From an uncultured bacterium (GTDB lineage: Bacteria > Babelota > Babeliae > Babelales > Babelaceae), in assembly GCA_963819815.1 (NCBI GenBank), contig CAWFXL010000001.1, forward strand, positions 1,184,001 to 1,248,000: 64,000 bases of DNA. Reading direction: 5' to 3'. The translations under genes and the position numbers were made by a program. The stretch's first letter is position 1; every line of letters begins with the position of its first letter. Positions 20,004-29,660 of the stretch are shown here, piece after piece. The notes under the pieces are model-generated. The model saw only the letters and a program-made list of their open reading frames with translations, ran no database searches and was not told where the DNA came from.

Positions 20004-21584
20004 ATGAAGCTCATATCAAAAATTCTTGGGTTATTGGTAACCCTTACTCTGCTTGCGCCTGCGTTAGCAAAATCGGACAAGCTCTGTGACAAGAATTGTA
20101 AAGAAGAAATCGTAAAATATGTCCAAGGTGGTGCCTGTGCCTCGGGTAATGGCACAAAAAAATCTCCCTTTGCAACACTTCTGGAAGCGCAAGATTCGTC
20201 GTGGGATGTGCTTATTGTTCTTGCTTCGCCAGTAGCACTTGATTTTGGCATTACTTTGAAACCAGGACAGAAACTGATCGGTGAGTGTAATCCTACGAAG
20301 GGCATATTGCCAACTCAGGCAACCATTACCAATTCAAATGGCGATGCACCTAACAATGGTAATGGTGTTGTTGTGATGGGTGATGCGACTATTGAGAATA
20401 TTTATTTTAAAAATACGTATTCATCTGCTATCAATTATGATAAAGCTAGGAGTCTTACGGTAAAAAATGTTCTCATCGATGGCGCTAACCAAAATGCTGG
20501 CATTGCAGCAATTCAGGGAACGTGTCCAAAATCAGGTGATACTCATATTGAACGGGCGATTATTCGTAATGGCAATGGACAAGGCGTTTTAGATGCCCCA
20601 TCCGGCAGCGGAATTAATCGGGAAATAGTGGTATGTACCTGCCAGTTTGATAGTCTTAATGATGTAGGTATCACTCTACAGCCTACCGGTGCTAACAGCT
20701 CATGTGCGGTGATCAAAGATGCTTATTTTCATGATTTTCAAATTAGCTCACAAGTTATTCAATGCTTGCCCACATCTGGCGCTGAAAGCGCTGTTTTGAT
20801 ACAGAACTCAAATTTTTATAATAATTTTAGTCTAAATGGGAACGGTACCGGGGTTTTAGCTAACCCAAGCGGCACTTCCTCTTCCTTGAAACTTAAAATC
20901 GATAGCTGTTCGTTTATAGAAATTGAACCACTGTCTGAAAGTGAGACCGTACAAATCGATAATCAGGGAGAGTCGAGTGAAGTAATCGTAGTAAACTCAG
21001 TAAGCGTTAACTTTAGTACTTTTTTCCAATCTACAGGTGGTGCTAGCCTGCACAATACGCTCTGCAATAACACGGTTACTGGGGTGGAGTTTTACAGCGT
21101 AAATAATAGCTTCAGTGGATCTACAGAAATAACTGAGATACAAGGCAATATTTTGAATGGGGCACTATTTCTTCTTGATGTTACTTCCAACCCAGCTGCA
21201 CCTTGGAAACAGCTGGCAATAACTCTAGAGGATAATTGTTTTACCGGTAATGGGGACTCTGGTAGTATAGGTATTGCTACATACGGCTCAGGTGGCAGCA
21301 CGGTGACGATTACCGCTCATAATAACTCAATTATAGATTATAATATGGATATTAATAATGGGACGGCAGCGACTATCAACGCGACGAGTAACTGGTGGGG
21401 ACCCGGCAAGGCTTGTGCGACCAGTACAGATTGTAATCCACTGTATCAAACCTGCCAACATAGCGTATGCGTAGGGCCTGCGAATGTTATTAATGGAGAT
21501 GGGGGTACAGTTCTGACGATTCCTTCGCTCACAGCCCCTATTAGATGTCCTCAGAGTTGTCCCCCGGTAAAATGCACTCGATAG
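20004..21584 (+). CDS. Secreted beta-helix protein with Cys-rich tail, paralog B
   Basis: GNGTKKSPFATL cap; ITLKPGQKLIGECNPT shared with paralog A; INATSNWWG plus Cys cluster. Confidence 0.7.
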   Translation: MKLISKILGLLVTLTLLAPALAKSDKLCDKNCKEEIVKYVQGGACASGNGTKKSPFATLLEAQDSSWDVLIVLASPVALDFGITLKPGQKLIGECNPTKGILPTQATITNSNGDAPNNGNGVVVMGDATIENIYFKNTYSSAINYDKARSLTVKNVLIDGANQNAGIAAIQGTCPKSGDTHIERAIIRNGNGQGVLDAPSGSGINREIVVCTCQFDSLNDVGITLQPTGANSSCAVIKDAYFHDFQISSQVIQCLPTSGAESAVLIQNSNFYNNFSLNGNGTGVLANPSGTSSSLKLKIDSCSFIEIEPLSESETVQIDNQGESSEVIVVNSVSVNFSTFFQSTGGASLHNTLCNNTVTGVEFYSVNNSFSGSTEITEIQGNILNGALFLLDVTSNPAAPWKQLAITLEDNCFTGNGDSGSIGIATYGSGGSTVTITAHNNSIIDYNMDINNGTAATINATSNWWGPGKACATSTDCNPLYQTCQHSVCVGPANVINGDGGTVLTIPSLTAPIRCPQSCPPVKCTR

Positions 21585-21662
21585 GGGACCGTTATGCTCG
21601 GAAAAGAAAGATAAGCTTGATTGTGGCTATGCATTAGAACTAATCAAGTCTCATAAAAATTG

Positions 21663-21709
21663 ACCATACCTACCTAGGGTAGCCTTAATTTACCCTAGGT
21701 AGGCATGGT
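21663..21709. terminator. Long hairpin between convergent genes
   Basis: accat-a-cctacctagggta ... taccctaggtagg-c-atggt. Confidence 0.6.
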
Positions 21710-21884
21710 AATGGTATCCAAAAGTAAGGCATACTCAGTCTCTGTAGATAGAGTACATCAAACATCAATCCTATTCAGCTGTCTATGGCAAGGGTTTGAA
21801 AACTTTGTTGAAACGAATCATCGGAGGCGTATAGACACGCGGTTCCTTACAGCGAGATCAATGCATGTGCATATAAGTCTACGA

Positions 21885-23225
21885 TTAAAGTTTGGTGAAG
21901 TTCTTCGAACGCAGTACCCTGTGATAGGATATCGCAAAGTGATGGGCATAGTCTCTCAGGCTCATCAGGAGTCGCCCAAGAGGGGTCTTGATATCAAGAG
22001 GAATTCCCTCTGGATGTAAGGGTGTATGCAGAAGCTCTTCTTTTTTAGCAAGGCTTATGCAATACAGATCAGGAAAAAGCTGCTGTACCGATGAAAGCTG
22101 ACCCTTGCCCCCATCAATCAGTGCAATATGGGGCATATCTTCAGGGTTTCTATAGCGACGGGAAACTATTTCTTGCAATGCTGCATAATCATTCTGTTCC
22201 GTGAGCGTCTTAATTCTGAAGCGTCTGAATCTGTTTTTATCGGGGATACCATCCTTGAATCTGATGCAGGACCCCACTAGATAGCTACTTTGGAAATGCG
22301 ATATGTCAAAACAGTCTATGGTCTCTGGCCGTTCTTTGAGCCCAAGAAGTTTCTGCAGTTCAAAGAGGGCCTCCATCGGTTGCTGAATTTTTGCCGATAA
22401 TGGGGTAGACATAACCGTAATGTCTTTTTCGTATTTGCGCTCAGTAAAACCGGTTTTAAGGGCTTCAAAGAGTGATGCAAGATCAGTGAGGTAGATGCTT
22501 AATCGCTTAGATTTTTCAAACTCAAGTCGCTCATTATGCGCTTGTATTTGTTGCATAAGGAGTGTTTGGCAGGCTTCGTATTTGCCTTCAAGTAATCGTT
22601 GTGCAACCATAAGTCTTATCAGATAATCTTCTTTGCTAAAGGACGCTCGACAATTGCCGGCACAGAGACCCATATGGTAATCAAGGCATCCTTGCTCTAT
22701 CTTGGTAGTGCAGAGGCGAAGCTTCAAGGAACGCAGAAGATACTCATAGGATGAACGAGCCCGCTTTTTGTAAAGAAATGGTCCGAAAAAGGTCCCCTTA
22801 CCCTTTTTTTGCCGAACCAATTCGAGCTGAGGGAGCTCTCCTGCTGTAATAACCAGGTATACAAAGGGGTTTGCATGCTTTAGAAGCACATTGTACTTAG
22901 GTTTATAGGTCCGAATTAGCTGGGCTTCTAAGAGTAGCGCTTCAACCTCGTTTTTCGTAAGGATGTATTCGATTGTGGCGTGCTCTTTGATTAATTCTTG
23001 AACTTTCCAATCATCCTGTTTGCGGAAGTATGAAGAAACCCTATTTTTGAGCTGTTTGGCTTTTCCCACATAGATGATTGTACTCGAATGGTCCTTGAAT
23101 ACGTATATTCCAGGCAATCGAGGTAAGGAGCGTACGTAATCAGGTGATACCATAGTCATTATCGTAAGTGTTTTTTTATACAGTCTTTTTAATTCATGAT
23201 AAAAGTATACCACACAAATGGCCAT
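21885..23225 (-). CDS. uvrC: Excinuclease ABC subunit C, lacking the C-terminal HhH domain (true start possibly about 23159)
   Basis: GIY-YIG LPRLPGIYVF..IIYVGKAKQLKNRVSSYF, EALLLEAQLI..KPKYN, CFDISH, IDGGKGQL, RDYAHHFAISYHR. Confidence 0.92.
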   Translation of the reverse strand: MAICVVYFYHELKRLYKKTLTIMTMVSPDYVRSLPRLPGIYVFKDHSSTIIYVGKAKQLKNRVSSYFRKQDDWKVQELIKEHATIEYILTKNEVEALLLEAQLIRTYKPKYNVLLKHANPFVYLVITAGELPQLELVRQKKGKGTFFGPFLYKKRARSSYEYLLRSLKLRLCTTKIEQGCLDYHMGLCAGNCRASFSKEDYLIRLMVAQRLLEGKYEACQTLLMQQIQAHNERLEFEKSKRLSIYLTDLASLFEALKTGFTERKYEKDITVMSTPLSAKIQQPMEALFELQKLLGLKERPETIDCFDISHFQSSYLVGSCIRFKDGIPDKNRFRRFRIKTLTEQNDYAALQEIVSRRYRNPEDMPHIALIDGGKGQLSSVQQLFPDLYCISLAKKEELLHTPLHPEGIPLDIKTPLGRLLMSLRDYAHHFAISYHRVLRSKNFTKL

Positions 23226-23313
23226 TTGAATATATACTTCTTTGTTTACGAGCTGTTATGAATGAGCTATACTTGATACTGTTCTCAGGCGTTACATATA
23301 AGGAAACTAGAGC

Positions 23314-23487
23314 ATGTCGAATACTAAATGGGCTATACAATTAATAATTCTGTGCGTGCTTACCATAGGTGGTTTTATCGGGTGGCACTATCTTGAAAGT
23401 TTATTCAAATTTGATCGACTTAAAGCAATGAATTCACAGAGGGTATATCAATCTGAAGATAAAAGAGTCACGGTGTACAAGTATTAA
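23314..23487 (+). CDS. 57-aa membrane peptide homologous to the N-terminal anchor of the adjacent M23 peptidase
   Basis: Below the ORF-track cutoff. MSNTKWAIQLIILCVLTIGGFIGWHYLESL... preceded by an AAGGA RBS; upstream DNA duplicated with that of 23535. Confidence 0.6.
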   Translation: MSNTKWAIQLIILCVLTIGGFIGWHYLESLFKFDRLKAMNSQRVYQSEDKRVTVYKY

Positions 23488-23534
23488 TGAGTGTTCATAG
23501 AGCAAGTTGGCGTTACAAATAAGGAAATTAAAGC

Positions 23535-24747
23535 ATGTCATATATAAAAGCTGGGTTATTTCTAAGCGTTCTTCTCGTAGGTGGCTATTTTGGTTGGCGT
23601 TATTATGAAAGCCTTTCACGTACTGTGTCCCCCTCTTTAGAGATTCTTGGTATAGAACCGGAAAGTGGTATTTCGAAAGATACCGAAATAACGATTAAAG
23701 GCTCTGATGGATCTAAAATAGAATCCTTACAGATTTCTCTTGATGGAGAGCCCCTTATAAAGCCTGTTTCTTTGGGGAAAAGAACCTTTACGCAGCCTCT
23801 GGCCCTTGTAGTTAAAGAGCTTGGGGAAGGAGCTCATACGCTGGTTGCTGAAATGACCAGTTCAAATCAGGAGCAACCGAAAACTATCCTCGAACTTTCT
23901 TTTCACGTTGATACCTTACCATTACAAGCGACTCTTACTAAAAATGAATTTGACGGACGTGTGTATCAGGGCCATACCCTTCATGTAGAGTTCCAAACAA
24001 ATAAGGAGATACGAGAAGCTCAGATTAAGACGCTTTCAGCATCATATCCTTGTTATTTACAGTCTAACAGAGGTTTGATCTACGAATGCTTTGTACCTCT
24101 TGAATGTGAAGAACTTCCTCAAGAGTATCCCTACACCATAGAAATAACTGATTGGGCAGGCAATTCGATGCTTCTTGAAGGTAAGTTTACTATAGTTGCT
24201 TTCCCTTTTAAAAAGCAGACAATACGGGTAGATAAGCAAAAGATTCAGGAAGAAAATAGTCTCGGTCGTCCCGAAAAAGAGCTTGAAGATGCAATAGTTG
24301 AGCTCACGAAAAAGTCTCCTCAGCAAAAGCTCTGGCATGGCCACTTTATTGTACCCTTAGAGCTCAAGGATACAACGCAAATCACCTCAGATTTTGGGGT
24401 GATTCGTGCAACGCAAGAACGTGGTTTGTGTCAGCATAAAGCTCTTGATTTGATAGCCACACCGAAAAGCGTCGTCTGGGCTCCCCAGGAAGGAATTGTT
24501 GTGATCAAGGATCGGTATGCGCATAGTGGCAATACGATAGCAATAGATCATGGCTATGGACTTATGTCACTCTTTTTTCATCTTGATGAATTTGCTGATG
24601 CGAAGGTTGGGGATCGTATTAAAAAAGGTAAACCGGTAGGGTACGGTTGGTAAAACCGGCTATGCAACGGGGTATCACCTACATTGGGAAATGCGCGTTA
24701 ACACCATACCTGTAGAACCTCTCGAGTGGACAAAGCCAACCTTCTAA
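23535..24747 (+). CDS. M23 family metallopeptidase with Ig-like N-terminal domains; one +1 frameshift near 24640
   Basis: HKALD (HxxxD) lies in the main ORF. Removing one G from GTAGGGTACG restores GTVGKTGYATGYHLHWEMRV (HxH) through to TAA 24747. Confidence 0.88.
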
Positions 24748-24777
24748 AGAAACTAAGAACAACTTCCTCGCCCGAAC

Positions 24778-25344
24778 TTGTTACAAATGAAGTACCAATT
24801 CTTGGGGTCATATATTACAGCAGTTTCCGATACGTATCTTGCTCTTGGTGCGTTTCTTTTTTTTGCTAGTATGGTGGGCTCTTGGTACATATGGGGCTTA
24901 TGCCCTCTTTACCAAGAAATGAGTATTCAGAGGCAGCACACAATGCAGCTTCAAAAGCGCATTGCACTGATACGGAAAAGAATGCGGCATGCACACCTCA
25001 TTAAGCAAAAGCTATCAGATTTACAGCAGTCCTTTGCTCAGCAGAACCTGCCCCCCACGACAATGGAGACCTTAGGGTGCTGGATGAGAGCCATTCATAG
25101 CAATAACCTACATCTTATACGGTACAAAAATGAACCTCCAAGAGAGTATCGATATGTTGTTGAGCAGATGGTTGTCTGCGAACTTCTTGGGTCATATGAG
25201 GACCTCTATGGGTTCCTATCTTCAGAAAGTGTTCGATGTGGTGAATGTACTATTACTCAACGGTCAGAAGGGTTGCTCTTGGGGGGTACATTTGGTGTTT
25301 ATGCTTGTGCACGTGAAGAATCATCCTCTAAGGAGTCTCTATGA
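24778..25344 (+). CDS. PilO/GspM-like inner-membrane protein
   Basis: Single TM, coiled coil, then ELLGSYEDLYGFL resembling the PilO G.Y..L..F pattern. Confidence 0.55.
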   Translation: MLQMKYQFLGSYITAVSDTYLALGAFLFFASMVGSWYIWGLCPLYQEMSIQRQHTMQLQKRIALIRKRMRHAHLIKQKLSDLQQSFAQQNLPPTTMETLGCWMRAIHSNNLHLIRYKNEPPREYRYVVEQMVVCELLGSYEDLYGFLSSESVRCGECTITQRSEGLLLGGTFGVYACAREESSSKESL

Positions 25345-25652
25345 AGGCCCTTGTTCTCAGTGTATTGTGGGCATTCTCGATGGGGGCTGTCCACCGAAAC
25401 CCTTTTTCATATGGCGATGACTATCGGGTGATTGTCTGCGTAAGCATCGGCTGTCTTAATAATCAGGAGTATTTTGCACGCATATACCTTGATGGAGAGT
25501 TCGTGATTCTGCGAGCGTATGAGAGATACCGAGAGTATGAAGTCGTCAGCATTAGCTCCCATAGCATTACGCTGAAAGATAGCGCTGGGATTCATCATGT
25601 GATGCTAGCTGACCAAAAAATACCTCTAAAAAAAAGCCCTTCAACTTTGTAA
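25341..25652 (+). CDS. PilP-like small exported protein
   Basis: Signal peptide, RNPF motif, beta domain ending VVSISSHSITL; coupled to the PilO-like gene. Confidence 0.5.
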   Translation: MKALVLSVLWAFSMGAVHRNPFSYGDDYRVIVCVSIGCLNNQEYFARIYLDGEFVILRAYERYREYEVVSISSHSITLKDSAGIHHVMLADQKIPLKKSPSTL

Positions 25653-25662
25653 AGCTGAAGGG
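25637..25662. terminator. Hairpin between convergent genes
   Basis: cccttca-acttt...aagc-tgaaggg. Confidence 0.4.
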
Positions 25663-25794
25663 TTAGGGGGGACACGAACAATACGAATATTGTTCGGGGA
25701 CAATAATGTCATTTCTATTTACTAAGAAGCAAGACTAACAGTTAATTTCAAAAAGGTCAAATATTTCAGAAAGACTTTTGTGAAATACAAGATA

Positions 25795-26499
25795 TTACTC
25801 CTGATGTCCTTCTATAAACTTTTTAATGAGAGGGTAGTTAGCAGGATTTTTTTCAAAATCAGAACTCTTAGCTATTTGGGCAATCTCTCCCTTTGTTTTC
25901 ATCAGATAGATTGTACAGCCAAGTTTGTTAAGCAACCCAATATCATGCGATGCAACGAGCACCACATAGCCATCTTTTGCAAGGTCTTGTATGGTTTGTG
26001 CAACATAGTTAGTAAGCATCGGATCTAACGCTGAAGTTGGTTCATCTAAACAGATAACACGGGGCTTCATAGCTAGTGAGCGTGCGATAGCAAGTCGCTG
26101 CTTTTGTCCTCCAGAAAGATGGCTTGGATAGAGTAATGCTTTATCTGCAAGGCCATAACGGGTAAGAAGATCATGTGCGATGAGCTGAGCTTCTTGGGGA
26201 GTCTTACCTGCTGCTTTAATCAGCGAAAATGTAATATTAGTTTCTACGGTCATATGATCAAAGAGATTGAACTGCTGAAACACCATGCCTACATCATGCG
26301 GCTTGAGTGGTGCTCCATCAAGTAACAGCGTACCTTCGTCAATCGTTTCAAGATTGTTAAGGACACGCAAAAGGGTAGACTTCCCAACTCCTGAGGGGCC
26401 TAATAGGAAGGCGATTTCTCCTGGTTTAACTGCAAGAGTAATCTCATTAAGTATTTTTTGGGAACCAAAGCATTTGGTGAGCTTTTTAATTTCTAGCAT
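25795..26499 (-). CDS. Polar amino acid ABC transporter ATP-binding protein
   Basis: GPSGVGKS, GMVFQQFNLF, LSGGQKQRLAIAR, DEPTSALDP. Confidence 0.93.
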   Translation of the reverse strand: MLEIKKLTKCFGSQKILNEITLAVKPGEIAFLLGPSGVGKSTLLRVLNNLETIDEGTLLLDGAPLKPHDVGMVFQQFNLFDHMTVETNITFSLIKAAGKTPQEAQLIAHDLLTRYGLADKALLYPSHLSGGQKQRLAIARSLAMKPRVICLDEPTSALDPMLTNYVAQTIQDLAKDGYVVLVASHDIGLLNKLGCTIYLMKTKGEIAQIAKSSDFEKNPANYPLIKKFIEGHQE

Positions 26500-27148
26500 G
26501 TTTTTTACGATAAGAATGTTCGAGTTTTAAAAAGAGTAATGATACTATTGAGGTTATTAAAAGATAGAGAAGTCCCACCAGGGTATATACTCCCAGGGCA
26601 TTATAGGACTGGGAAACAAAGATTTCACCGCGCTTATACAGCTCAAGAACTCCAATAGTTGATGCTAAACTTGAATCTTTAATGAGCGTAATAAATTCAT
26701 TTCCTAAGGCAGGTAGAACGATTCTCAATGCTTGAGGAAGAACGATATAGCGTGTGATATCATAGCGTGATAAGCCAAGCGTTGTTGCAGCTTCGATCTG
26801 TCCTTGTGAAACTGAAGTGATTCCTGAACGAACAATTTGGCTGATATAGGCACTGCTATTTAAGCCAATAGCTATAATGGCGGTTGGTAAAGGCGCTATA
26901 TGGATGCCTAGGTTTGGTAACATAAGAAAAAAGAACATAATCTGGAGCAGCATAGGAGTACCGCGGATGATAGTTACATACAGCGTAACCAAGAAACGCA
27001 GAAGCTTTGAAGAGCCTGTTTGAGCTATACCAAGAAGTGTACCTCCAAAAAATCCAAGTAGTGAGCCACAGAAGGCTATTTGGAGGGTAACTAAGACTCC
27101 CCTAAGAAGCTGTGGAGCTGCTGAGGTAATAAGAGCGAGATCGATCAT
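26486..27148 (-). CDS. Polar amino acid ABC transporter permease
   Basis: IIRGTPMLLQI, GQIEAATTLG, LIKDSSLAS; ATG 27148 overlaps the upstream TGA. Confidence 0.93.
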   Translation of the reverse strand: MIDLALITSAAPQLLRGVLVTLQIAFCGSLLGFFGGTLLGIAQTGSSKLLRFLVTLYVTIIRGTPMLLQIMFFFLMLPNLGIHIAPLPTAIIAIGLNSSAYISQIVRSGITSVSQGQIEAATTLGLSRYDITRYIVLPQALRIVLPALGNEFITLIKDSSLASTIGVLELYKRGEIFVSQSYNALGVYTLVGLLYLLITSIVSLLFLKLEHSYRKKHARN

Positions 27149-27918
27149 AGTACGTTCCACTTCTTCTTGAGAGCTGCAAGGGTACCATCAGCTTCCATAT
27201 CATCAAGCGCCTTCTGTACTTTTTGAACAAACTCTTCAGGAAGATGCTTAGATATAGCAAGGGCATTTTCTTCATCAGTCTGAGGTATGACATGGACCTT
27301 AAAGCGAGTATCACCTTCTTTTACATAGGGCTGTAAAGTAAATGCTGCCGTTACGAAAGCATCAGCTTTGTTATACTCAAGAGCTGTTAAGGCATCCGTA
27401 ACGCGGGGTAAGCGTAGGAGCTCCATAATGGCCATTGAGGACATGAGCGAGGTCATGTATGCTTCTGCTGTATACCCGGTATTTACGATGACCTCTTTCA
27501 ATTTAAGATCTTCAAGCCCTTGGATATCTGATGAAGATTTGGTGACGATGAGTAGTGGGTTACCTGAGAGATATGATTTGGTAAAGTGAACACGTTTTGC
27601 CCGTTCAGGAGTTGGTGTCATTCCTGCGGCAATTACATGAATTTGGCCAAGCTCAATTTGGGGGATTAACGTACCAAATGGTTTATCTTGAATCTCAATC
27701 TCAAGTGAAAGTCGTTTAGCGACCTCTTTAATCACATCAATATCAAAACCAACAATTTGGTCATCCTTGGGGCTTCTAAAAGAAAAAGGTGGAAAATCAG
27801 CGCTCGTTCCTACGATGAGAACTTGGCTTAGAGGCTTGACGTCACTTGTAGACCGGTACCAAAATAAGAAGCCAGCTGCTGCAATGAGTAACGCAAGTGT
27901 GCCGAGTATTTTTTTCAT
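27145..27918 (-). CDS. Amino acid ABC transporter substrate-binding protein (family 3)
   Basis: GTSADFPPFSF, GFDIDV, AGMTPTPERAK. Confidence 0.92.
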   Translation of the reverse strand: MKKILGTLALLIAAAGFLFWYRSTSDVKPLSQVLIVGTSADFPPFSFRSPKDDQIVGFDIDVIKEVAKRLSLEIEIQDKPFGTLIPQIELGQIHVIAAGMTPTPERAKRVHFTKSYLSGNPLLIVTKSSSDIQGLEDLKLKEVIVNTGYTAEAYMTSLMSSMAIMELLRLPRVTDALTALEYNKADAFVTAAFTLQPYVKEGDTRFKVHVIPQTDEENALAISKHLPEEFVQKVQKALDDMEADGTLAALKKKWNVL

Positions 27919-27995
27919 AGGTTACGTCCTTAGGTGGATGTTGTACTGGGTGAAGCTGAAAGCAGTATAGCTCAGAGTAAGCTGAGCTGCAAATA

Positions 27996-28601
27996 TCATG
28001 AAGAAAAGAGCTCTTTTCTTCGGGCAATAACAGAATAGATAGTTCCGTCTTCTGAATGTCCAGTATCCTGCACTTCGTACAGCTCTTTGGCTTCGGCAAA
28101 GTAGATACTCTCAAAATCTTTTAAAAGCTCTCGAAGCTCTTTTTCGGTAAACAAGGGAACTAACTCAGAGCTTTCTTCGGTAAAGAAACCGTCAATTTGA
28201 GTATTTTTTTGAAGATGGGTGTAGAGTTCCCCTATGAAATACCCACCAGGTTTGATCTGCTTGACGATATGGTGCCATATACTCTGAAACTTTTCTGGTT
28301 GTATAAAACAGAGCGAAAATGACGCAACAAAAAGGTCAACTGGTGGAATAAGATTCCAGTCGAGCTCTTCGAAATTAGCCTGTATGGTATGTAATCGGGT
28401 AAGGTGCGGCTGAACGTCTTTTCGTAAGCGCACCTCGTCGAGAAACTCCTTAAAATTATCAATAGCAATCACTGAATAGCCATGATGAAGCAGGGCGCCC
28501 GTTTCTTCTCCCGTGCCAATGCCAAAGTCTATCGCAACAGCACCATCGGTGGCTGGGATAAGAGCAAGTGCTTTTGTTATAAGTGGACGTACGGTTTCCA
28601 T
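27996..28601 (-). CDS. Class I SAM-dependent methyltransferase
   Basis: AIDFGIGTG, VIAID, IKPGGYF. Confidence 0.85.
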   Translation of the reverse strand: METVRPLITKALALIPATDGAVAIDFGIGTGEETGALLHHGYSVIAIDNFKEFLDEVRLRKDVQPHLTRLHTIQANFEELDWNLIPPVDLFVASFSLCFIQPEKFQSIWHHIVKQIKPGGYFIGELYTHLQKNTQIDGFFTEESSELVPLFTEKELRELLKDFESIYFAEAKELYEVQDTGHSEDGTIYSVIARRKELFSS

Positions 28602-28706
28602 ATGAAAGTAGTGTATCGTGTATATGTTGGGTATACAAGGGGGGTTTTTTCAAATAAGGAGATCTGTAGTACACTTTCTCATGAACCCATATGTAACGGA
28701 GGTCCT

Positions 28707-29660
28707 ATGTATTTATCACGAATCTGTGCGTTTCTTCTCATGTCCCTGAGCTTCTTGTCTTGCTGCGGCCAGGAGCTTCCCTTGCCCCGTAAGCTAGCTT
28801 CAAAGGCGGTCCATTACATGGAAACTAAGCAACTTGATGCCTTTAGCTGCGGCTATAATTGCCTCTTCAATGCAGCGAACTTTCAGCAGAAGTGTAGCTT
28901 TCAAAATAAGGCATATAAGTATGAAACCTTTGAGGATAAGGTTCTGCCCTATGTACAAAACAAAAGATTAGATCCTCTACAGGCTAGTACCAATACCGAT
29001 ATACAGCATCTTGCACGTAATATCCTTAAGCTCATGCCCACGTACGACCTGTATAGAGGCAAAAAGACAAAGCAGATTGAGTTCTTGAGTTCTGAGTCCG
29101 TAAGGATTTCCTATCCTGCAGGCTCTTCTCAGGCAGAGATTAATCGCCGTATGGATGCAGCAGTTTTGCAAAAGCAGAAGGGTACTATTGAGTCTATAAA
29201 AAAGTACCTCACAAAGAACCCAATAACGGTCATTCATTTTATATGCTACGTAAAGAGCCAAGGTGTTGATCATGCTGTTCTTGTTTCATTGCATCAGAAT
29301 GCAACAGGTCGGGGTCTCTATCTTTTTGATAATATGAATGCGCTTGTGAATGAATCAAGTGATGTAGTACAGTGTATTGAGTATCTCTGTAAGACTTTTT
29401 CTGTAAGTTCTAGGGCGAGCTTCGTTGGCCCTGAATTGCCTCGGCGATGGCCCTATCTTGATAGTGATAGAGAGTATGCTAATCCTATGTATTATCCATA
29501 CTCTACTGAACCAGCTTATGAAGATGATGTATTTAGCTACATTGAGAATGTATGCAAGAACCTTTCAATAAGTCCTGCAAAACGCTTTGTTGCTACTCGC
29601 CGCCGGTCACGCAATAACAGATATAAAAAGAATCGTACATTTAAAAGATATCTTCGATGA
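28707..29660 (+). CDS. Exported protein with putative papain-fold Cys-His-Asp triad
   Basis: GGAGG RBS before ATG 28707; signal peptide; KQLDAFSCGYNCLFNA (C48), HFICYV...DHAVLVSL (H189), LYLFDNMN (D208). Confidence 0.65.
   Translation: MYLSRICAFLLMSLSFLSCCGQELPLPRKLASKAVHYMETKQLDAFSCGYNCLFNAANFQQKCSFQNKAYKYETFEDKVLPYVQNKRLDPLQASTNTDIQHLARNILKLMPTYDLYRGKKTKQIEFLSSESVRISYPAGSSQAEINRRMDAAVLQKQKGTIESIKKYLTKNPITVIHFICYVKSQGVDHAVLVSLHQNATGRGLYLFDNMNALVNESSDVVQCIEYLCKTFSVSSRASFVGPELPRRWPYLDSDREYANPMYYPYSTEPAYEDDVFSYIENVCKNLSISPAKRFVATRRRSRNNRYKKNRTFKRYLR

Noticed and set aside
21705..22019. 104-aa plus-strand ORF
   Set aside because: Starts inside the terminator hairpin and overlaps uvrC antisense.
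28482..28706. Long N-terminal extensions in the ORF track (also 41696, 54215, 38850, 56214)
   Set aside because: Downstream ATGs fit better: RBS and/or signal peptide, or for murJ the family start overlapping the upstream stop.
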